Shown piece by piece: positions 8,576 to 16,310 of a DNA stretch of 64,000 nt. A program made the position numbers and the translations under genes. The stretch lies in contig QCGL01000009.1 in NCBI GenBank assembly GCA_003279935.1, positions 3,061-67,060 of the forward strand. Reading direction: 5' to 3'. Each line of letters begins with the position of its first letter. Positions within the stretch are counted from its first letter, which is position 1. The notes beneath the pieces are model-generated. The model made no database searches. It worked only from the letters and a program-made list of their open reading frames with translations, and was not told the origin of the DNA. This DNA comes from Prochlorococcus sp. AG-388-A04 (GTDB lineage Bacteria > Cyanobacteriota > Cyanobacteriia > PCC-6307 > Cyanobiaceae).

Positions 8576-8818
8576 ATGAACAATTTAAGGAGAAATATCT
8601 TAGTGATTTTTTTATCTATGATCTTCTTGATTAGTTTAAAAACATATCGTGATTTTATTATTTCTAGTGATTTAAAAAATGAAGAAAAAAATAAATTGAA
8701 AAAATCAGCTGAAATCTTGAATGAATGTTTTGATCTTAAAAACAAGAGTAAGAGAACTATAAATGACTCAATGAATTTGATTGAATATTGTTTAGAAGAG
8801 TTTGGATCTGAAAAATAA
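8576..8818 (+). CDS. hypothetical protein with N-terminal TM or signal
   Basis: 80 aa; two Cys (ILNEC, LIEYC). Confidence 0.6.
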   Translation: MNNLRRNILVIFLSMIFLISLKTYRDFIISSDLKNEEKNKLKKSAEILNECFDLKNKSKRTINDSMNLIEYCLEEFGSEK

Positions 8819-8880
8819 TTTAATTAGCATATGCTCAACTACTTATATCTTTTTAAATAACTCATCTAGAATTTATAAAA

Positions 8881-9099
8881 ATGTTTATGGATAAAAATAA
8901 TATTAATAGATGGGAACCAACAAAACTGCAAATCGATAATATCATTCTTCCTGCCTATACCGATCTTTCTAAGAGATGTGTTGCTTATATCAATGAACTT
9001 GAATGCCCACCACAATACATAGCTGATATGTTGAGAGATTTAGCTGATTCAATAATGACTTCATATCCTGAAGTTAAAAACAATAGTTCTAGTTTATAG
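8881..9099 (+). CDS. hypothetical protein
   Basis: 72 aa; stop 7 nt before the OsmC gene. Confidence 0.6.
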   Translation: MFMDKNNINRWEPTKLQIDNIILPAYTDLSKRCVAYINELECPPQYIADMLRDLADSIMTSYPEVKNNSSSL

Positions 9100-9106
9100 T
9101 TTTTAA

Positions 9107-9514
9107 ATGAGTAAAATTACATGTTCTTATTTAGGGGACTTAAAATGCGAAGCTAAACATCTCCAATCTGGGAATCTAATCACAACTGATGCACCTATAG
9201 ATCATTGCGGGAAAGGTGAAAACTTCTCACCAACTGATTTACTCGCAACCTCCCTAGGCTCTTGCCTTCTAACGATAATGTCTATCAAAGCAAGATCAAA
9301 TGGTTGGGAATTAAAAAATATTTATTTAGATATTGAGAAAATAATGACTAAGAATAAAGAAAGGAAAATAGCAAAACTAAAAATAGATATTTATATTCCT
9401 GATGACTTATCAAAAGAAAAAATTGATTTTGTAAAAAATGCTTCTAAAGATTGTCCTGTCACTCGAAATCTTTCTGAATCGCTCGATATTGAAATAAATT
9501 GGCATAGCCAATAA
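9107..9514 (+). CDS. OsmC/Ohr family protein
   Basis: TDAP...G.G...SPTDLLATSLGSC plus CPV second Cys. Confidence 0.9.
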   Translation: MSKITCSYLGDLKCEAKHLQSGNLITTDAPIDHCGKGENFSPTDLLATSLGSCLLTIMSIKARSNGWELKNIYLDIEKIMTKNKERKIAKLKIDIYIPDDLSKEKIDFVKNASKDCPVTRNLSESLDIEINWHSQ

Positions 9515-9548
9515 ATTGTACAAAAATAATTTTTAATAATAGGATTAT

Positions 9549-9665
9549 ATGAAATACTTCATAGGAATAATTATTCTTTTACTTGGAATATTTATAATTG
9601 CTGATTTAGCATTTAAAACTAGATATACCAGAAAAAGACTGTCAAATAAGAATAAAAATGAATAA
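9549..9665 (+). CDS. small single-TM protein (38 aa)
   Basis: Hand translation MKYFIGIIILLLGIFIIADLAFKTRYTRKRLSNKNKNE; TM followed by a basic tail. Confidence 0.45.
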   Translation: MKYFIGIIILLLGIFIIADLAFKTRYTRKRLSNKNKNE

Positions 9666-9702
9666 GATTCTTGGTCTTATAAATCCATATATTAGAAATT
9701 AT

Positions 9703-9909
9703 TTAGGATACTTTTCTGGACTTTCTATTATTTTTTTCAACCCATGATTTTTGCCTTTTGTTTAAATCTGAGATGTATGCTCGAGATTTTCTCGCTAATT
9801 GAATTTTTTTCTCTCTTTGCCTAAGTTGATTTAACTCTTGAATAGAATAGATTTTAGTATCTTTTTTATCCTTAAAAATACTTAAAAAATTAAGAAAATA
9901 TTTTTTCAT
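9703..9909 (-). CDS. hypothetical basic protein
   Basis: 68-aa ORF, ATG start. Confidence 0.5.
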   Translation of the reverse strand: MKKYFLNFLSIFKDKKDTKIYSIQELNQLRQREKKIQLARKSRAYISDLNKRQKSWVEKNNRKSRKVS

Positions 9910-9992
9910 AAACTTAATCTACTGTCTTTTGTCATTTTGCCAATAGAGAAAAATTACTTTTATTAAATAATAAATTTAAAATAATTTTTGAA

Positions 9993-10280
9993 TTATTTAT
10001 ATTTATCAATTTTTTTATCAATTAAATCGATTAAAGGAATCATGAAATTAACATTTATGCCTACAGTGCACCATATGTATGTTAGACAAAATATCAACTT
10101 TATATATAAGTTAGAGGGTAAAGTAAGAAACAATTTAAAAAAGCTACCAATAAATAATATTAGTATTCCAATTTGCAATAATCCCTTAAATATCCAAATA
10201 AAACCTCGTTTCCTTATGTTCTTGTAGAACCAAAAAAAAATAGCTCCAAAAATAAATAATAAAATTAAATTTATTATCAT
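9993..10280 (-). CDS. hypothetical three-TM membrane protein
   Basis: 95 aa with three hydrophobic segments. Confidence 0.6.
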   Translation of the reverse strand: MIINLILLFIFGAIFFWFYKNIRKRGFIWIFKGLLQIGILILFIGSFFKLFLTLPSNLYIKLIFCLTYIWCTVGINVNFMIPLIDLIDKKIDKYK

Positions 10281-10421
10281 TTAAATTCTTTAATAAGACA
10301 TGTTAATAATAATGCTTTGGTTAAAGGAGATGATAAATATAACATTTTTAAAATCAATTAATATTAAAGATATTAATTGATTATCTATAAATATTTTTGA
10401 AAACTATGGATCTAAATTAAT

Positions 10422-10817
10422 TTAAAACAACTTCGATTTTAATAAATCAACCCTCTTTTGATTCACACCTAGGTCACTTTCACCGACTCTAGATTCAGAC
10501 CTAACGAGTAATTTACGAGATTCAGGAACAAAAGATACTTCTAAATCATCAATGTATTTCATCCATTTACTTGTTACTTCAGCATGAAGATAATCTCCGT
10601 CAAGATCAACTATTACTGATCTTGGGGTATTCTCGATAATTTCTTTAACTTCCTTAAAAGGTTGTTCGATTGAGTTAACTTCCCATTCTTCTCTGACACA
10701 ATGTGCTATTTCAACACACTCACTCAATTCAATGTGAGAAGCAAATGAAGCCGAGGGAAATATAAATCCTATGAATATAAACAAACTTACAAAAAAGATT
10801 TTCATTAAAACAAGCAT
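10422..10817 (-). CDS. DUF1499 family protein
   Basis: YLHAEVTSKWMKYIDDLE and VRSESRVGESDLGVNQKRV match DUF1499. Confidence 0.85.
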   Translation of the reverse strand: MLVLMKIFFVSLFIFIGFIFPSASFASHIELSECVEIAHCVREEWEVNSIEQPFKEVKEIIENTPRSVIVDLDGDYLHAEVTSKWMKYIDDLEVSFVPESRKLLVRSESRVGESDLGVNQKRVDLLKSKLF

Positions 10818-10943
10818 GAACTTTTCTTAATCTAACCAACAAAAATAAAAATTTGGTGGAATAATGTTAAGTAAAATTTATGTCTTATAGAAGAGCTAAA
10901 AACTTCTAAGATTTAGAATTAAGTTTCTATAAATCAACATATT

Positions 10944-11234
10944 GTGGAATTAACTGAACTAATAAAAGATTATATAGCCACAGAATTATTATCTAATGTT
11001 GAACTTGACTTTCTAGAAGGAGAATTATGGGAAACCATTCAACACATTTCAGAGATAAATACATTAACAATGGCTCCAAAGGATATATGCAATAAATTGA
11101 GACTTAAGGAAAAATCCTGTTGGCAATTATGTTGTGCTGCAGTACTTGATTTTTCAAGACCTTTAAAGGAGGAAAACGAGAGAGTTGTGAATTTCAACAA
11201 ATTAATTAATCAATATAACCTTTGCAGCAAATAA
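10944..11234 (+). CDS. conserved hypothetical protein
   Basis: 96 aa, GTG start, followed by a hairpin at 11238-11255. Confidence 0.6.
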   Translation: MELTELIKDYIATELLSNVELDFLEGELWETIQHISEINTLTMAPKDICNKLRLKEKSCWQLCCAAVLDFSRPLKEENERVVNFNKLINQYNLCSK

Positions 11235-11255
11235 AAAAGACCCCTTAAGGGGTCT
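11233..11255 (-). terminator. intrinsic terminator of the Yfr2-family RNA
   Basis: AGACCCC-TTAA-GGGGTCT hairpin followed by a T run on the minus strand. Confidence 0.85.
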
Positions 11256-11321
11256 AAATTGGTTCTAAAAAATCAAGTGTTTCCTTGTTTCCACTTATTT
11301 AATAAAACCACTCCTACACAC
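11233..11321 (-). ncRNA. yfr2: Yfr2-family (Yfr2-5 / Cyano-1) sRNA
   Basis: Minus strand reads GTGTGTAGGAG...GGAAACAAGGAAACACTTGATT...AGACCCCTTAAGGGGTCTTTTTT: conserved 5' motif, twin GGAAACA motif, terminator; about 89 nt. Which paralog is not resolved. Confidence 0.9.
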
Positions 11322-11447
11322 AAACTAAATATCACATGATTTTTAGAGTGAGGAAATACTTATTAGGCATCTATGATAACTGTCACAATGCTAAAAACAA
11401 AAAAGTACTAAGACTATAGTTCTATTATTTTGCACTATCCGAAAAAT

Positions 11448-11460
11448 GTGTGTGAGGAGT
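11448..11460. other. Yfr1-type motif copy (GTGTGTGAGGAGT / ACTCCTCACACAC)
   Basis: Identical 13-mer to the Yfr1 motif at 39997-40009; 126 nt from the Yfr2 5' end; orientation and function unresolved. Confidence 0.6.
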
Positions 11461-11578
11461 TTTTATTCAATCTATACTTCTTCGAATTAAAAAAGCTACG
11501 GTATTAATCCCTATTTATATTTATTTACTTATTAAAAAATAAAACTAGAATACTTGGGTTGGTTCAACATATTTTCAA

Positions 11579-11725
11579 ATGAGAAAAAGTTACAATAAAG
11601 TAATTTACATTTTTCTCACAATCATCCTTATTTCAATTATTGGAGGAGTTGTAAAATATTCATTTAAATACATCGACGAAAATCCTGATAAATATATTCC
11701 TAAAACAAAGCAAATAATAATTTAA
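11579..11725 (+). CDS. small single-TM protein (48 aa)
   Basis: Hand translation MRKSYNKVIYIFLTIILISIIGGVVKYSFKYIDENPDKYIPKTKQIII. Confidence 0.45.
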   Translation: MRKSYNKVIYIFLTIILISIIGGVVKYSFKYIDENPDKYIPKTKQIII

Positions 11726-11901
11726 ATCTTTTTTGAATAAATTTATTCAAATATATTTTAAAATTCCTTATTTCTTTTGACAAACATAGATTCTGAATAC
11801 TTAAAAAAATAACTAAGCATAAAAAGAAATTATTTGAGTATAAATCCACTTTCCAAAATAATAAATCTGTCTTATAAACTTCTCAATAATTGGAGGACTT
11901 T

Positions 11902-12042
11902 ATGAAAAGAAAAAACACATTTTTTATAAATAAAGAAAATAATCTAGAAGACTTTAAAATAAAACATAATTATCAAATAGTTGAAGAATACTGGAGGAAA
12001 AGAAAAAAAGAATGTGAAAAAAATCTTTCAAAATTTTGCTAG
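11902..12042 (+). CDS. small hypothetical protein (46 aa)
   Basis: GGAGGA Shine-Dalgarno upstream; MKRKNTFFINKENNLEDFKIKHNYQIVEEYWRKRKKECEKNLSKFC; stop 9 nt before the next ATG. Confidence 0.5.
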   Translation: MKRKNTFFINKENNLEDFKIKHNYQIVEEYWRKRKKECEKNLSKFC

Positions 12043-12051
12043 TCAAAAATT

Positions 12052-12300
12052 ATGAATTTTATAATTTCTATTTTTCTAGCATCTGTTATGTGGGTTCAAG
12101 TTCCTCAATGGGAGGCTGACTGGTCAAAGTGTGCAGTAGATGTTCCTGATACATCATGTCATTGGTATGTAGCTGCACCCGATAATACCTTTGGAGAAGG
12201 ATTTGATTGGGAAAGTGCTCCTTGGTTTGATGCTAACGGACTTCAAGATGTCGCAAAAATTGAAAAAGAAAGTGTAGTAGAAAAGCTTCAAAAAAATTAG
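12052..12300 (+). CDS. conserved small Trp/Cys-rich exported protein
   Basis: Hydrophobic N-terminus then WVQVPQWEADWSKCAVDVPDTSCHWYVAAPDNTFGEGFDW. Confidence 0.75.
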   Translation: MNFIISIFLASVMWVQVPQWEADWSKCAVDVPDTSCHWYVAAPDNTFGEGFDWESAPWFDANGLQDVAKIEKESVVEKLQKN

Positions 12301-12394
12301 ATAATATTCAATTAATAAATTACATTTTTTAGCAATAAAGTATTTATTTTCTTTCTAATAATATTTAACATAGAAATGACTTTATAAGATTTCA

Positions 12395-12541
12395 ATGCGC
12401 TTCAAAGTAAGTTTAAAAAAAGACGGCAAAGAGTTTGATGAGGTTGTGATAGCAAACAATAAGAAACATGCTATTGAAGTGGCTTTAAGAAACAATCCAG
12501 AAGCTGAGGTCCTTAAATCTGATTGGACATTTAAACTTTGA
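12395..12541 (+). CDS. small hypothetical protein (48 aa)
   Basis: Hand translation MRFKVSLKKDGKEFDEVVIANNKKHAIEVALRNNPEAEVLKSDWTFKL. Confidence 0.6.
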   Translation: MRFKVSLKKDGKEFDEVVIANNKKHAIEVALRNNPEAEVLKSDWTFKL

Positions 12542-12549
12542 AAAAAGTT

Positions 12550-13338
12550 TTAAAATTTATTTCCAATTTTTGGAATTATTAACGAAGCCACGCAAATAAC
12601 ACTTATTGCAGGACCAGGAGATAAGTTAAAAACAATTGAAAGAATAAAACCCATTAGAGAAATACAAAGTCCAAAGAATGAAGATCTCATCATTGCAATC
12701 CTAAGACTTTGTGCTTTATCAAGTCCTAATAAAGTAGGTGTTGAGACTAATGCAATTACTAAAATTACTCCAACAGCTGACATTGAACTAACGATAACTA
12801 GTGCCGTCGTGAAACTTAGAGCTAGGTTTAACAAAGACACATTTATTCCACTAGCTGAGGCGCCCTCTGGATCTAATCCGACATATACAACTTTTTCATA
12901 TCCGAACGTTACTAATAAAATGAATGTAAGAAAAGCAATAATTGTTCTTAACAAATCGCCAAGGTTTGCGGTTAATAAATCTCCAAATAATACTGCCTCT
13001 AAGTCAATTCTTATCCCAAGAAGTGGAATTAGTAAAACCCCAAAACCAAGCATGCCAGCAAGAATTGTATTCATAACTGCTTCATAATTTTCACTTTTTT
13101 TATTAGTTAAACTCTCCGCAATAATTGCACCAACAAGACCACTTATAACTCCTCCAATTGAGGGTTGAATACCTAGAGCTAGAGCTAGAGCTAGTCCCGG
13201 TAAAACACAATGAGAAATTAAATTTACTTGTAATAGTCTTCTATGAGTAATCAATACTGTTCCCATAGCTGGGCATAAGATTCCAGAGAAAATAGTAATT
13301 ATTAAAGGAATTAACCACCAGTTGTTTAAAAAAGACAT
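12550..13338 (-). CDS. znuB: Zn/Mn ABC transporter permease
   Basis: ABC-3 family motifs SHCVLPG, LFGDLL, VGVILVIALVSTP. Confidence 0.9.
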   Translation of the reverse strand: MSFLNNWWLIPLIITIFSGILCPAMGTVLITHRRLLQVNLISHCVLPGLALALALGIQPSIGGVISGLVGAIIAESLTNKKSENYEAVMNTILAGMLGFGVLLIPLLGIRIDLEAVLFGDLLTANLGDLLRTIIAFLTFILLVTFGYEKVVYVGLDPEGASASGINVSLLNLALSFTTALVIVSSMSAVGVILVIALVSTPTLLGLDKAQSLRIAMMRSSFFGLCISLMGFILSIVFNLSPGPAISVICVASLIIPKIGNKF

Positions 13339-13385
13339 TAATCGTATGATTCGTTATGATCTAAAAAACGGGACATTAAAAGATC

Positions 13386-13790
13386 TTGAAAATGATGGTA
13401 ACCAAGCCTGACATTACCAAAAGACAAGAGCAACTTCTTGAAGAACTTAAAAAATGTGATGATGAATTGAGTGGTCAAGAATTGCATAGGCAATTGATTA
13501 TCGAAGGAAAATCTATGGGATTGACAACAGTTTATAGAAATCTTCAAGCTCTTATAAAACATGGATTGATTCGATCTAGACATCTTCCAACAGGTGAAGT
13601 ACTTTACACTCCTGTTGATAGAGATATTCACCATGTGACATGTGTTCAATGTGGAGAAACCTCCAAAATGGAAGGTTGTCCGGTAAAAGATATTCATAGT
13701 CCTAAGAAAAACCCAAAAAAATTTCAACTTTTGTTTCATACACTTGAATATTTCGGCCTTTGCCAAAACTGTTATCAAGCTCAGAGTTAA
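13386..13790 (+). CDS. zur: Fur-family regulator, most likely Zur
   Basis: GLTTVYRNL helix-turn-helix, HHVTCVQC and CQNC; lies within a Zn-uptake cluster. Confidence 0.85.
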   Translation: MKMMVTKPDITKRQEQLLEELKKCDDELSGQELHRQLIIEGKSMGLTTVYRNLQALIKHGLIRSRHLPTGEVLYTPVDRDIHHVTCVQCGETSKMEGCPVKDIHSPKKNPKKFQLLFHTLEYFGLCQNCYQAQS

Positions 13791-13804
13791 ATTTAAAAAT
13801 ATCT

Positions 13805-14575
13805 CTAATCACAAGAATTATTCTCTTTTAAAGAACTAATATTAAGATCATCTAATTTGCTTTGTATTGAATTGGGAGTTCCTGATGCTAATACTTTTTT
13901 ATCTAAAACAACTACATGATCATAACTATTGAGAGACGAGCCCCAATCATGACTACTTATAAACAAAGCTAAGCCTGCATCTGCAAGTTGACGGACTATC
14001 TTAAGAAAATCCTCCTTTGCGGGAGGATCTAATGCAGCACATGGTTCATCTAGCAGAAGAATTCTTGCAGGAGACATTAAAGTTTTAGCCAAAAGTGCTC
14101 TTTGTTGTTGTCCACCTGAAAGAGAATCAAGTCTTCTATTTGCAAGATTTGAAATGCCAACTCTTTGCATTGTTGCTTCCAATTCGCAACATTTATTAAC
14201 CCAAGACTTTGGATTTGCGAGAAGAGCCTTAATTTGGAATGGATTAGTATTTTTTGATTTTGAATATTTTATTTGACCTAAAGAGACTAATTTTTCAACA
14301 GTAATAGGAAATTTCCAATTCATTGAGCTTCTTTGTGGCATAAGTGCAATCTTGGATCTAGTTCTAACTAAACTTTCACCATCAATAGTTATATCTCCAA
14401 TATCAGGATTATTTTGTCCTTGCAATAATTTCAAAAGAGTTGATTTACCAGCTCCATTTGGTCCAACAAGAGCAGTCAATGTTCCTGGTTTTATTTGAAC
14501 TGAAACCTTATTTAAAGCTGGTTTGCTTTGTTTTGAATAAGAATAAGTTAAGTTATCTGCAATTAAAGTAGCCAT
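13805..14575 (-). CDS. znuC: Zn/Mn ABC transporter ATP-binding subunit
   Basis: Walker A GPNGAGKST, signature LSGGQQQR, Walker B LLLDEP, SSHD. Confidence 0.92.
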   Translation of the reverse strand: MATLIADNLTYSYSKQSKPALNKVSVQIKPGTLTALVGPNGAGKSTLLKLLQGQNNPDIGDITIDGESLVRTRSKIALMPQRSSMNWKFPITVEKLVSLGQIKYSKSKNTNPFQIKALLANPKSWVNKCCELEATMQRVGISNLANRRLDSLSGGQQQRALLAKTLMSPARILLLDEPCAALDPPAKEDFLKIVRQLADAGLALFISSHDWGSSLNSYDHVVVLDKKVLASGTPNSIQSKLDDLNISSLKENNSCD

Positions 14576-14673
14576 TAAAAAATATATTTAAATCAGTTAG
14601 ACCTTTATTTTATCAATATTAAGGAATCCATACTTATTTCATAACAATTGATACCAAATATTGCAATTAATAG

Positions 14674-14694
14674 TGAAAATGATTATCATTTTTA
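14674..14694. promoter_or_regulatory. Zur box in the divergent znuC/znuA promoter
   Basis: TGAAAATGATTATCATTTTTA contains a perfect 8-1-8 inverted repeat (AAAATGAT-T-ATCATTTT). Confidence 0.85.
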
Positions 14695-14715
14695 AGTATT
14701 TAAAAAGTTTATTTA

Positions 14716-16224
14716 ATGTCAATTTTTAAAAAAGTAATTTTTAGTAATAAGAGATCTAATCATTCTGTTATCAAAAACTATTTATTAGCTGGAACCGTAT
14801 TATTATCAATAGTTGGTCAAGATGTTTTAGCGAAAGAAAAATCATATGTAGCTGTAGAGCCACTCACTTGCGATTTAGTAAAATCTATTGCCTTACCTTC
14901 TGATGAGGTAACCTGTTTGGTTGATAGAAAACAAGATGTACATGACTTAAAAATAACTCCAAGACAAGCTCAATTACTTAACAGTGCGGATAAAGTTTTT
15001 ACTCTAGGGAAAGAGATGACCCCAAGCATGAAAAATTGGGAGGGTAAGCCTCAAACAGTTGTAATTGGTGTAAGTGCTATAGATGTTGATGACCACTCTG
15101 ACCATGGTGGGCATGATGACCATGATGATCACTCTGCCGCAAAAGTAGATGATCATGGTGGACATGACGACCATGATGATCACGCTGGACATGATGACCA
15201 TGCAGAAGGTTCATTTGAATGGGCAGGCAAATTTCAACTCTCTAAAGGTTCCTACAAATGGTCATTCGCAAAGGTAGGTGGGGAATATGCAGATCCAGCT
15301 ATGAAAATGGTGATTCTAGAATCAAATGATATTGAATCTTCTGAAGAACTAGCTAAAGAGCTATTAGGATCTAAAGATTCAATAAACAAAAAAAATAATG
15401 GAATTCTCTTAGCGAGTAATAAAGCCTATGTTCTTAATTTTGATCAAGGGAAGGACAGTACAGTATTTAATGTAGAAATTCAAGAAGATGGCCAATATAC
15501 ATTCTTCACTGAACATATGCCTTTTGAGTTTGAAGCCGAAGAACACTTCTTTAAAGATTTATCTAATAGCGATGTTGAACCAATTGCACAAGTTCCAGAT
15601 GAAGGAGAGGGACATCACCACCATGATCACGGAGGATTAGATCCTCATGTTTGGCATGATCCTCATAACATCATAAAAATGGGAGAAGTTGTAAGTAAAA
15701 GTTTAAAGAAAGATATATCTGTTTTTAATAGACCTGACAGGAAATCAATCAATGCGAGCTTTGCTTCAGTAAATTCAACACTAGATAAACTCGATAGCTG
15801 GATTGTTGCACAGGTCTCAACAATTCCTGAATCTAACAGAGTTATTGTATCTAAACATAAAGCACTGGAATATTACGGCGATGCTTTTGGATTTGAGACT
15901 ATTAGCTTACTAGATTTTCTTGGTGACTCATCAAGTCTAAGACCTGACAATATTCAATCAACGTTGAAGATGCTTGATGAAGAAAATGTTAAGGCAATAT
16001 TTCCTGAACAAATACCTGCATCAAAGTTGTTAAAAAACTTAAGTAGGCAAAGTTCAGTTCCATTAGCTAATAGTCAAATATTTGTAGATGGATTAATGAT
16101 GACAGGTAATACAGTTTCAGTTGCTGTCCACAATACATGTACTATTGTTGATTCATTGGGTGGATCATGTGATAAAGAAGCAGGCTCCAACCTTGAAGGC
16201 ACCTGGAATTCTCTTCAAAATTAA
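14716..16224 (+). CDS. znuA: Zn ABC substrate-binding protein with His/Asp-rich loops and an inserted ~105-aa domain
   Basis: DVHDLKITP, DPHVWHDP and SKHKALEYY cluster A-I motifs; 502 aa is well above the usual ~300. Confidence 0.88.
   Translation: MSIFKKVIFSNKRSNHSVIKNYLLAGTVLLSIVGQDVLAKEKSYVAVEPLTCDLVKSIALPSDEVTCLVDRKQDVHDLKITPRQAQLLNSADKVFTLGKEMTPSMKNWEGKPQTVVIGVSAIDVDDHSDHGGHDDHDDHSAAKVDDHGGHDDHDDHAGHDDHAEGSFEWAGKFQLSKGSYKWSFAKVGGEYADPAMKMVILESNDIESSEELAKELLGSKDSINKKNNGILLASNKAYVLNFDQGKDSTVFNVEIQEDGQYTFFTEHMPFEFEAEEHFFKDLSNSDVEPIAQVPDEGEGHHHHDHGGLDPHVWHDPHNIIKMGEVVSKSLKKDISVFNRPDRKSINASFASVNSTLDKLDSWIVAQVSTIPESNRVIVSKHKALEYYGDAFGFETISLLDFLGDSSSLRPDNIQSTLKMLDEENVKAIFPEQIPASKLLKNLSRQSSVPLANSQIFVDGLMMTGNTVSVAVHNTCTIVDSLGGSCDKEAGSNLEGTWNSLQN
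15100..15183 (+). repeat. two imperfect 33-bp direct repeats encoding DHGGHDDHDDH
   Basis: 15100-15132 versus 15151-15183; 30/33 identical, all three differences synonymous. Confidence 0.85.
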
Positions 16225-16234
16225 ACTTTTCTTT

Positions 16235-16255
16235 AGATAACGGTTTTCATTATCA
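16235..16255. promoter_or_regulatory. second, degenerate Zur box upstream of the COG0523 gene
   Basis: AGATAACGGTTTTCATTATCA versus the idealised TGATAATGATnATCATTATCA: 4 mismatches. Confidence 0.65.
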
Positions 16256-16310
16256 ATCAATGTCTAATATATTATCTATTAGACATTATTTTATTTAGGT
16301 TAATTGGTTA

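Noticed and set aside
13338-13778. 146-aa minus-strand ORF over zur
   Set aside because: Shadow of zur with no recognisable motifs; antisense RNA is plausible but a protein is not
15004-15201. Met/Val/Ile-rich minus-strand ORF
   Set aside because: Simply the reverse complement of the His/Asp codons of znuA
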